Source: a bacterium
GTDB taxonomy: Bacteria; Patescibacteriota; Minisyncoccia; Phycocordibacterales; UBA9973
Direction: 5' to 3'
Length of the DNA: 54,955 nt
Assembly (NCBI GenBank): GCA_037143195.1
Contig: JBAWZD010000004.1
Coordinates: 1-54,955 of the forward strand
The position numbers and the translations under genes are program-made. Of the stretch, positions 45,882-54,955 are shown one piece after another. A model generated the notes under the pieces. The model saw only the letters and a list, made by a program, of their open reading frames with translations, did not search any database and had not been told where the DNA came from. The number at the start of each line of letters is the position of its first letter. The first letter of the stretch is position 1.

Positions 45882-48800
45882 ATGACTAACGTACTCAAAT
45901 CAAAAATTGCGAAAGCAGGTTTGGGATTGTTGGTTGCAGCAGGTCTTGCAGTAGCTTCAACAGCTGGCGCAATGACACTTGCAGAAGCACAGGCTCTCGT
46001 AGCAGCTCTCGGTCTTACTGGATCGAATGCTCAGATGGTCCTTGCTCTTGCAACTCCTGCAACAACAACCACAACAACTAGTGGCTCATGCTACCAGTTC
46101 ACAAAGACTCTCGCAGTTGGTTCAAAAGGCGCTGACGTGACTGCTCTTCAAACAGCACTCAAGATGTCAAGTGCTACAGGTTACTTCGGTAACGCAACAA
46201 AGGCAGCTGTCATGTCTTACCAGACATCAAACGGCCTCACTGCTGTTGGAATGGTAGGTCCTGCTACTCGCGCAAAGCTCAATGCTTCATGCACAAGTAG
46301 TACAACTACTACAACAACAGACGGTACAACTACTACAACACAGACTGGACCAGTAACAGCTATGCTCGCTACTGACAACCCAGCTGCTGGAACAATCATC
46401 GCTGGATCTGCAGGTGCAGATCTCGCACACGTTACTTTCACAGGTAACGGAACAGTGACATCTCTCATGCTTAAGCGTGGTGGTGTTTCTGATTCAAGCA
46501 CTCTTACGAATGTATACCTCTACGATGGAGCTACTCGCCTCACCGATGGATACACATTCAACAATGCGGGTGTCTTGACGATGAATAACCTCGGCCTCAC
46601 AGTGAATGGTTCAAAGACCGTCGCTATTAAGGCAGACGTCTACTCATTGACAGGTTCTTACTCAGTCAAGGCTATCGTAACTGGCTTCATGGTCTCAGGA
46701 TCAACAACAGCAGTATCGACAAACTTGGTTGGTAATGAAATGTATGTTGCTTCTGGAACAAATGTCCTCGCAACTGCAAACCTTACAACAACAGCTCCTT
46801 CACCAGCTGCGACATCAATCAACGCAGGATCTTTGAACCAGACTCTCTGGTCAAACAATCTTAGTGTTGGTCTCCACGCTTCACAGTTGAAGGGTATGCT
46901 CGTCAAGCAGGTTGGATCTGCTCCAACAAACGCTCTTGCAAACGTAAGTTTGTATGTTGATGGAGTCAAAGCTGGTTCAGCTACAATGAATACAAACAGT
47001 CAGTTTGTATTTGATATGTCAGCTACACCAATGGCTTTGTCTACAGGCAGTCATCTTCTCGAAGTTCGCGGAGATGTTGTTGGTGGTGCAAACCGCAACT
47101 TCTACTTGTCTCTTGAGAAATCTTCAGACCTCGTAGTTGTTGACCCTCAGACATCAAACACTGCTGTTTCTGTCACTTACCTCACTTCAACATTGAACAA
47201 TGTGAACGGTGGTTTGGTGACAATCAACAACGGATCACTTACAGTAAACCAAGACCCAGCATTCAGTAACACAACAACTCTCGTTGGTGGTGCTACAAAT
47301 GTGAAGCTTGCTGCTTGGAAGTTCACTTCGTACGGTGAAGATGTAAAGATTAACAACCTCCACTTCACTCCTACCTTTACTGGTTTGAGTTCTGGTGCCA
47401 CAACACTTGCAAACGTTGGTTTGTATGTGAACGGTGGCCAGGTTGGTTCAAACTTTACAGCAACATCAGGTAGTGATCTCCCATTTGCTAGTCTCGGATC
47501 TAACCTCGTCGTAGCAGCTGGTACACCAGCTACTGTTGAACTTCGTGGAGATATCGTTAGTTCAACTGGAACAGCTATCACTTCAGGTACTGTACATTTT
47601 GATCTCGTTGCGGGATCAAGTAACGCACAGGGAATGAGTTCAAGTCAGTTGACTGCAACTAACTCTTCAGGTGGTCAAACACTTACGATTGGTAACAACG
47701 TTGTGTTTGGTGCAACTGCTGGATTCTCAACTTCTACAAAGGCTCCAAACGCACAACAGGTTAAAATTGGTTCGTTCTCTCTTGCTGCAGGATCTGCTGA
47801 AGGTCTTACTGTAAACAGTATTTCAGTCACACTTCCAAGTGGTGCAAGTAACACTATGGTTGCTGCAAACCAGCTCACTAACCTCACGGTTAAGAATGGT
47901 ACAACAGTGATCGGAACTCCAATTGGAAACCCAGTTGTAACGACTTCGAACACATTCAATACAAGTGGTATGACTGTTGCTCAGGGATCAACACAGGTAT
48001 TTGATGTATACGCTGATTTCGGCTCATCATCAGCTACCGAAACTGTTACCCCTTCGATGTCTATCACATACCGTGGAAACACATCAAACCTTTCTGCTAC
48101 AACATCAACAATTGCTGGTTCTACTACAACAGCAAACGTTGCAGTTATCGTCGCAGCAGGTGTAACATTCAACAACGGTCTCTCTCTTAGTTCACAGGCA
48201 GTTACTGGACCAGCTACAAGCTTCCCAATCGGAACCTTTAACTTCAAGTCCAACAACGCTGTAGCAGGAGCAGTCATCAAGGATGTTACTGTTACTGTCC
48301 CAGCTAACACTGTTACTTCTGTAACTATGAATGGTCAGACCGGAACAGTCGTTGGAACAACTGCAACTATCTACAACGTAGGTGTTACAGTCCCAGCTTC
48401 TTCTGACGGTGTAAACGTTCCAGTTACTGTTGGATTGGTTTGTGTTGGAACAGCAAATGGCTGTAACGCAAACTCCCCAGTTAACGTATTAGTTACAATC
48501 ACTGGTGTTACATACAACAACGGAACTTCTGTTCTTTCAGTCTCTCCAGTAGCAAACAATGCTACAAATACTCACTACATCTACGCTTCGAAGCCTACTC
48601 TTGCAGTAGACACTGTTCAGAAAACAGGTCTCGTGCTTGGTGCTGAGAACAAGGTTGGTGAAGTTACAATCACAGCTGATGCTGCAGGTCAGATCAAGGT
48701 TAACAGCATTGCATTCAATGTTGCGACAACAGGTCTTGCTGGTTCTTCTGTTACAACAAGCGCTACACGAATCGCAGATGGTAACACTACTATTTCTGGT

Positions 48801-49088
48801 TCAAGTGTAGGTTCAGGTTGTAACGTAACTACTGCTGACACCGTTGGTTCTTGTGTCATGACACTCGGAACATCTCCAAGTGGATACACAATCGCAGCGG
48901 GAACATCTAAGACATTTAGTCTTTACATGCGTATTAACGCAACACCTGTCGCAAGTACTGTAGTTTCAGTATCTTCAAGTGTTAGTGCAAGCGGTTTGTC
49001 ATGGGATGACTCAGTTGGCGGTGGTACAAACCAGGATGGTTCACACCTCTACAACTTCCCAACAGGTTCTTACTCAATCCGTCAATAA
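45882..49088 (+). CDS. Large secreted surface protein with PG-binding domain (S-layer candidate)
   Basis: Signal peptide, PG-binding motif (GSKGADVTALQ...TGYFGNATKAAVMSYQ), a T/S/G/V-rich beta-strand body, and strongly skewed codon usage. Confidence 0.9.
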   Translation: MTNVLKSKIAKAGLGLLVAAGLAVASTAGAMTLAEAQALVAALGLTGSNAQMVLALATPATTTTTTSGSCYQFTKTLAVGSKGADVTALQTALKMSSATGYFGNATKAAVMSYQTSNGLTAVGMVGPATRAKLNASCTSSTTTTTTDGTTTTTQTGPVTAMLATDNPAAGTIIAGSAGADLAHVTFTGNGTVTSLMLKRGGVSDSSTLTNVYLYDGATRLTDGYTFNNAGVLTMNNLGLTVNGSKTVAIKADVYSLTGSYSVKAIVTGFMVSGSTTAVSTNLVGNEMYVASGTNVLATANLTTTAPSPAATSINAGSLNQTLWSNNLSVGLHASQLKGMLVKQVGSAPTNALANVSLYVDGVKAGSATMNTNSQFVFDMSATPMALSTGSHLLEVRGDVVGGANRNFYLSLEKSSDLVVVDPQTSNTAVSVTYLTSTLNNVNGGLVTINNGSLTVNQDPAFSNTTTLVGGATNVKLAAWKFTSYGEDVKINNLHFTPTFTGLSSGATTLANVGLYVNGGQVGSNFTATSGSDLPFASLGSNLVVAAGTPATVELRGDIVSSTGTAITSGTVHFDLVAGSSNAQGMSSSQLTATNSSGGQTLTIGNNVVFGATAGFSTSTKAPNAQQVKIGSFSLAAGSAEGLTVNSISVTLPSGASNTMVAANQLTNLTVKNGTTVIGTPIGNPVVTTSNTFNTSGMTVAQGSTQVFDVYADFGSSSATETVTPSMSITYRGNTSNLSATTSTIAGSTTTANVAVIVAAGVTFNNGLSLSSQAVTGPATSFPIGTFNFKSNNAVAGAVIKDVTVTVPANTVTSVTMNGQTGTVVGTTATIYNVGVTVPASSDGVNVPVTVGLVCVGTANGCNANSPVNVLVTITGVTYNNGTSVLSVSPVANNATNTHYIYASKPTLAVDTVQKTGLVLGAENKVGEVTITADAAGQIKVNSIAFNVATTGLAGSSVTTSATRIADGNTTISGSSVGSGCNVTTADTVGSCVMTLGTSPSGYTIAAGTSKTFSLYMRINATPVASTVVSVSSSVSASGLSWDDSVGGGTNQDGSHLYNFPTGSYSIRQ

Positions 49089-49159
49089 TCTTAGGATTAT
49101 TTAAGGTAAGTAGTTTCTGTTAGAGTTTTAGTGAGTTTCTCGAAACTTAAAATCGAAAC

Positions 49160-49189
49160 AAAAAACCACCCCGAAAGGGGTGGTTTTTT
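49160..49189 (+). terminator. Intrinsic terminator
   Basis: AAAAAACCACCCC-GAAA-GGGGTGGTTTTTT. Confidence 0.9.
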
Positions 49190-49219
49190 GTTTGTCTGCG
49201 CTATATACTATAGGCACCT

Positions 49220-49369
49220 ATGTACGTAAAACACTTCCTCAAAATGCTCTTCGGCCTCATCCTCATGGCCGTCATTGGTATCGGCGGACTTTTTGTCGCC
49301 AACTATTACTCCGGCCAATCAGGCAACCCAACCGCAGGGGGAGTCATCAACTCGCTTCAAGGCAAGTAA
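49220..49369 (+). CDS. 49-aa single-TM small protein (below the ORF-track cutoff)
   Basis: MYVKHFLKMLFGLILMAVIGIGGLFVANYYSGQSGNPTAGGVINSLQGK, with TATACT 10 nt upstream. Confidence 0.65.
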   Translation: MYVKHFLKMLFGLILMAVIGIGGLFVANYYSGQSGNPTAGGVINSLQGK

Positions 49370-49371
49370 AT

Positions 49372-49400
49372 TTGACTTTTTGCCACATTTTCGGTAATGT
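49372..49400 (+). promoter_or_regulatory. Promoter of rplJ-rplL
   Basis: TTGACT-17 nt-TAATGT. Confidence 0.6.
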
Positions 49401-49403
49401 GGT

Positions 49404-49530
49404 CTTGCCGTAGAAAGCAAGCAGGAAGGGGAGCAATCCTTAATCCATGAGCCTTGCCGAGGTCGAAGCCTGTCGCATTCTGATTTTTCGGGAGAGCGCG
49501 GGATTCTACGAACGGCCCCAATTTGGGGTC
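49404..49530 (+). ncRNA. L10 leader (ribosomal protein autoregulatory RNA)
   Basis: CCGTAGAAAGCAAG...TTAA...CTTGCCGAGG and a complementary TCTAC..CGG, directly upstream of rplJ. Confidence 0.8.
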
Positions 49531-49551
49531 ATTTTTAATTCACACACAATT

Positions 49552-50037
49552 ATGGCATTAACAAAATCCAAGAAGGAAGAAGTTCTCAGTGAACTTCGAG
49601 ACAAATTGAAGGGATCACAGACACTCGTCTTCGTAAACTTCAAAGGTCTTACGGTTGGTGAGACGAACGCGTTCCGCAAGAGTTTGCGTGAGGCGGGCGT
49701 CGGTTACAAGGTAGCAAAGAAGACTCTCATCGCGCGCGTGCTCGATGAAAAAGGTCTCTCTGGTACTGCACCAAAGCTCGACGGAGAAATTGGCGTAGCC
49801 TACTCGACCGACGTGCTCGCTTCTGCTCGCGAAGTTTTCAATTTCGCAAAGGGCAAGGAGCGTCCAGTGATTGCAGGCGGAGTGTTTGAGGGTGCATATG
49901 CTGACCGCGCGCAGATTCTCGCGATCGCAACTATCCCTACACGCGAAGTTCTCCTCTCACAGATCGCATACCTCCTCAAGTCTCCAATCCAACGTCTCGC
50001 TATTGCGGTCGGACAGGTTGCAGAAAAGAAGGCATAA
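49552..50037 (+). CDS. rplJ: 50S ribosomal protein L10
   Basis: MALTKSKKEEV, FKGLTV, KVAKKTL and IATIPTREVLL motifs. Confidence 0.96.
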   Translation: MALTKSKKEEVLSELRDKLKGSQTLVFVNFKGLTVGETNAFRKSLREAGVGYKVAKKTLIARVLDEKGLSGTAPKLDGEIGVAYSTDVLASAREVFNFAKGKERPVIAGGVFEGAYADRAQILAIATIPTREVLLSQIAYLLKSPIQRLAIAVGQVAEKKA

Positions 50038-50073
50038 AACAGAGTTATTATTCGTTTATTCAACTAGTACTAT

Positions 50074-50439
50074 ATGGCAAAATTTGATTCATTCCTCGCT
50101 GACCTCGAAGGCGCATCAGTCCTCGAACTCAACGAGCTCGTAAAAGCTATCGAAGAAAAGTTTGGTGTTTCTGCAGCAGCCGTTGCAGCAGCTCCAGCAG
50201 CAGCAGGTGCAGCAGCCGCAGATGAAAAGGACTCTTTTGACGTTGAGCTCACAGCAGCTGGCGACTCAAAGATCCCAGTTATGAAGGTAGTCAAGGAAGC
50301 TCTTGGACTCGGTCTTAAGGAGGCTAAGGACCTCGTAGACGGTGCTCCAGCTATGCTCAAGACTGGCATGAAGAAGGCAGAAGCAGAAGCTCTCAAAAAG
50401 AGCCTCGAAGAAGCAGGTGCGAAGGTTACACTTAAGTAA
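50074..50439 (+). CDS. rplL: 50S ribosomal protein L7/L12
   Basis: [17 protein letters not shown], Ala-rich hinge, [11 protein letters not shown] and LEEAGAKV motifs. Confidence 0.98.
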   Translation: MAKFDSFLADLEGASVLELNELVKAIEEKFGVSAAAVAAAPAAAGAAAADEKDSFDVELTAAGDSKIPVMKVVKEALGLGLKEAKDLVDGAPAMLKTGMKKAEAEALKKSLEEAGAKVTLK

Positions 50440-50450
50440 TCAAGATACAG

Positions 50451-50480
50451 AAAAAGCCACGATTATTCGTGGCTTTTTTT
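50451..50480 (+). terminator. Intrinsic terminator
   Basis: AAAAAGCCACGA-TTAT-TCGTGGCTTTTTTT. Confidence 0.88.
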
Positions 50481-50520
50481 GTATCTTGCTCACAAGAGTG
50501 ATATTTCGTATACTTGCGCC

Positions 50521-51141
50521 ATGTCTATCGATACTCTTGGCGCACTATTTCATTCACCCGCACGCGTAAAGATCATGCGTTTGTTCCTCCTGAATTCTCA
50601 GGCAGTGCTCACGCCGTCTTCCGTTGCTACTCGGTCGAGCGTTACTCCTGCTATCGTTCGCAAAGAACTCGCAATCCTTTTGCGCGCCGGATTCATCTGT
50701 CGCAAAAAGGAACGAGTCAGTGGCAAGAAGCAAATTGAAGGCTGGAGTTATGATTCACGCTTCGAATATGCTGAAGCACTTGAGAATTTGCTCTTCGGTA
50801 CTGAGTTTATCGACCTCGAAGAACTCGGCAAACGCTTCAAGCGTTCCGGTCGTATCAAGCTTCTTTTGCTCTCTGGGGTATTCAATCACAACCCAAATGC
50901 CCGCCTCGACCTTCTCATCGTAGGGGACAACCTCAAACGACCCGTCGTAGATCGCACCATTCGCGCCCTAGAGGCCGAAATCGGTAAAGAGCTAGCCTAC
51001 GCCACCTTTGAGACCGGAGAGTTCATCTACCGCGCAAGTATGTACGATAAACTCATCCGCGACGTGATTGATTCACCACACGAAAAAGTCATCAACGTTG
51101 GTAATCTGCTTGAACAAGTACCGCAGACCACATCTCACTAA
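50521..51141 (+). CDS. Winged-HTH protein with C-terminal nucleotidyltransferase-like domain
   Basis: LFHSPARVKIMRLF HTH start and a degenerate SGVF...RLDLLIVGD motif; promoter TTGCTC-17-TATACT ends 6 nt before the ATG. Confidence 0.8.
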   Translation: MSIDTLGALFHSPARVKIMRLFLLNSQAVLTPSSVATRSSVTPAIVRKELAILLRAGFICRKKERVSGKKQIEGWSYDSRFEYAEALENLLFGTEFIDLEELGKRFKRSGRIKLLLLSGVFNHNPNARLDLLIVGDNLKRPVVDRTIRALEAEIGKELAYATFETGEFIYRASMYDKLIRDVIDSPHEKVINVGNLLEQVPQTTSH

Positions 51142-51146
51142 TCTCG

Positions 51147-51155
51147 TTATCCACA
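51147..51155 (+). promoter_or_regulatory. DnaA box
   Basis: Exact TTATCCACA upstream of TGGTATAAT (51181-51189). Confidence 0.55.
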
Positions 51156-51286
51156 CGGGGCGTGCACTCTAGTGTCCAATTGGTATAATTACAGGGAAGC
51201 AGGAATAAAGGGGTCGAAACCTTTGACAGTGTGCGATTACCAAAATTAGTATGTTTCCGGCTTCTGTCGGAACGATGTAATGTAGT

Positions 51287-51976
51287 ATGAATATTTTTAC
51301 AAGTTGGGGCGATGCATTTACCTATTCTCTCCAGAGTATTTGGGTTAGTTTCATTGATTTTGTTCCACGTTTCCTTTTCGCAGTTGTTGTCTTTGTTATC
51401 GGATGGCTCATTGGTTCCGTTATCGGCAAAGCAATTGATCAGGTCATCTCAGCCCTCAAGGTTGATCGTGCTCTTGAATCAGCCGGTGTTGATAGTGTCA
51501 TGAGTCGCACTGGAATGAAGCTCAATATTGGAGCTTTCATTGGTGGGGTAGTGAAGTGGTTTGTTATCGTTGTATTCCTCGTCGCATCACTTGATATTCT
51601 TCAGCTCACAGCCGTGACTGATTTCCTCAAGACTGATGTTCTTGGATACCTTCCAAACGTTATCGTCGCAGCACTCGTGCTCGTCATCGCAACAATCATC
51701 TCAGACTTCATGGGTAAGGTTGTTATGGCAAGTGCAAAAGCTGGAGGCATTCGCTCAGCAAACTTCCTCGGCACACTTACTCGCTACGCAATTTGGATCT
51801 TCGCATTCATCATTGCGCTTGGTCAGCTTGGTATCGCGACTGCGTACATGCAGATCCTCTTTACTGGTCTCGTAGCAATGCTTGCAATCGCAGGTGGTCT
51901 CGCTTTCGGACTCGGTGGCAAGGAAGCTGCAGCGCAGACACTCGCAAAACTCCACGAACACACAAAGCCAATGTAA
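51287..51976 (+). CDS. Membrane protein with conserved TM-helix repeats (CmpX/MscS-N-like)
   Basis: Two F/Y-x-P-R/N-x-x-x-A repeats and about 5-6 TM segments. Confidence 0.85.
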   Translation: MNIFTSWGDAFTYSLQSIWVSFIDFVPRFLFAVVVFVIGWLIGSVIGKAIDQVISALKVDRALESAGVDSVMSRTGMKLNIGAFIGGVVKWFVIVVFLVASLDILQLTAVTDFLKTDVLGYLPNVIVAALVLVIATIISDFMGKVVMASAKAGGIRSANFLGTLTRYAIWIFAFIIALGQLGIATAYMQILFTGLVAMLAIAGGLAFGLGGKEAAAQTLAKLHEHTKPM

Positions 51977-52000
51977 CTGTTTCGACAATTCCTTTGTTTC

Positions 52001-52036
52001 AAAAACAAGCGCCCGCAAGGGCGTTTGTTTTTTTTT
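52001..52036 (+). terminator. Intrinsic terminator
   Basis: AAAAACAAGCGCCC-GCAA-GGGCGTTTGTTTTTTTTT. Confidence 0.88.
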
Positions 52037-52044
52037 GTATGAAA

Positions 52045-52183
52045 GCGCTTTTGGTGAATATACGAAAATGTCTTGTCTGCGGAACCTCGCTCGCGTAACA
52101 ATTTGCGTATAGAAAAGCCACGATTGAAACCGCTCGCTCGAGCAGTCCTCGACTGCGTCATTTTGTACATTCACCAAAAGCGT
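52045..52183. repeat. Palindromic element A (25/26-bp imperfect terminal inverted repeats)
   Basis: GCGCTTTTGGTGAATATACGAAAATG versus CATTTTGTACATTCACCAAAAGCGT. Confidence 0.8.
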
Positions 52184-52205
52184 CCTCAAACAAAGAAAGA
52201 ATCTA

Positions 52206-52332
52206 TTCCGCCTTTTTGGAAAAACGCCCTGCCAAAGGCCTCGCGCAGGCGCATACGTGCGCCGAGCGGCGACGCTGGCCAGCAGGCCAGACGGCGTTGC
52301 CTTTGGCAGGGCGTTTTTCCAAAAATGCGGAA
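52206..52332. repeat. Palindromic element B (34-bp inverted repeats, 1 mismatch, two internal hairpins)
   Basis: TTCCGCCTTTTTGGAAAAACGCCCTGCCAAAGGC versus GCCTTTGGCAGGGCGTTTTTCCAAAAATGCGGAA. Confidence 0.9.
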
Positions 52333-52403
52333 GGGAAACTATCTATATTTCGAGGTTTGTTTTTGAATATCCACACATAATCCACCACAGGATAGCTGTG
52401 GAT

Positions 52404-52432
52404 TTGACAGCGCTCCACGGCTCGTGTATACT
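52404..52432 (+). promoter_or_regulatory. Near-consensus promoter upstream of the 23S rRNA
   Basis: TTGACA-17 nt-TATACT. Confidence 0.8.
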
Positions 52433-52500
52433 CGACCTCGCATGACTAGAAGTAATAAATTATTCGACCAAAGGCGATAGCTAAACCTAATGTTTTGCTG

Positions 52501-52526
52501 TCCGCCCGCTAGGCGGATTTTTTATT
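52501..52526 (+). terminator. Terminator-like hairpin in the 23S leader
   Basis: TCCGCC-CGCTA-GGCGGA-TTTTTTATT. Confidence 0.65.
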
Positions 52527-52786
52527 GGAAACTGACTGCACGACCTGACCTCTGACAATTAAAACGTTCACCCCTCGAAAAAAAGAGTTTTAGTCTTTTC
52601 GTCATTGGGGAGGTGGACAGACAATCACGTCGTCGAGAAACATGTGCTCACCGCACGTGCGATGGTGTGAGAAGGATGAAGTGAAGAGAAGCGGTTTTCG
52701 AATCTTCATCCGTGTCAAAAATGTATATGTTTGTTTCTGTACAATGTGTAAGTACATTGTATGGATTTTGTGGTTTTTACAGTTCC

Positions 52787-54955
<2,169 letters not shown>

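Noticed and set aside
51191-51272. tRNA or yybP-ykoY riboswitch (AAAGGGG...GAAACCTTT)
   Set aside because: It lacks the D and anticodon arms and the riboswitch core. It is kept only as an unclassified structured leader.
50452-52125. Shared 13-mer AAAAGCCACGATT in the rplL terminator and palindrome A
   Set aside because: Exact 13-nt matches are expected by chance in 55 kb, and the flanks do not extend the match.
44164-52405. Replication origin (oriC) or dif site
   Set aside because: The DnaA boxes are dispersed, there is no dnaA/dnaN or AT-rich unwinding element, and there is no convincing XerC/XerD 28-mer.
52640-52712. tRNA-like segment with TTCGAAT in the 23S leader
   Set aside because: No cloverleaf, acceptor stem or anticodon arm could be built. 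It is treated as leader hairpins.

Overview
A 55-kb chromosomal segment from a small-genome bacterium, most likely Patescibacteria/CPR (Parcubacteria-like). This is inferred from gene content and protein style: eukaryote-type GlyRS, type-2 IleRS, an xQQRKP EF-P loop, large Thr/Ser-rich surface proteins and almost no Shine-Dalgarno motifs. TGA is used as a stop, so the code is standard table 11. In order, the window holds: the 3' part of a giant FN3-like repeat surface protein; a folate/thymidylate and nucleotide house-cleaning region (folA, thyA, glyA, tmk, dut, maf, NUDIX, HAD, CYTH) with a DEAD-box helicase; four aminoacyl-tRNA synthetases (argS, ileS, glyQS, metG); rpsF-ssb-rpsR; glnII-type glutamine synthetase, efp, recA and ftsK; a putative S-layer gene; rplJ-rplL; and the 5' ~2.2 kb of a 23S rRNA gene with no 16S upstream. 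I found no CRISPR array, transposase, integrase, reverse transcriptase or tRNA gene. The most notable signals are: (1) an ileS T-box that joins the ultrashort Stem I known from actinobacterial translational T-boxes to an intrinsic terminator; (2) a ~520-nt highly structured leader before the S-layer-like gene, next to a four-helix-bundle/wHTH protein and a DnaA box; (3) a histidine-phosphatase domain with intact catalytic motifs inserted in IleRS; (4) a stand-alone 23S gene with its own promoter, flanking long palindromes and helix expansions; (5) repeated leaderless-type promoters. All RNA pairings were done by eye, and no database searches were run.
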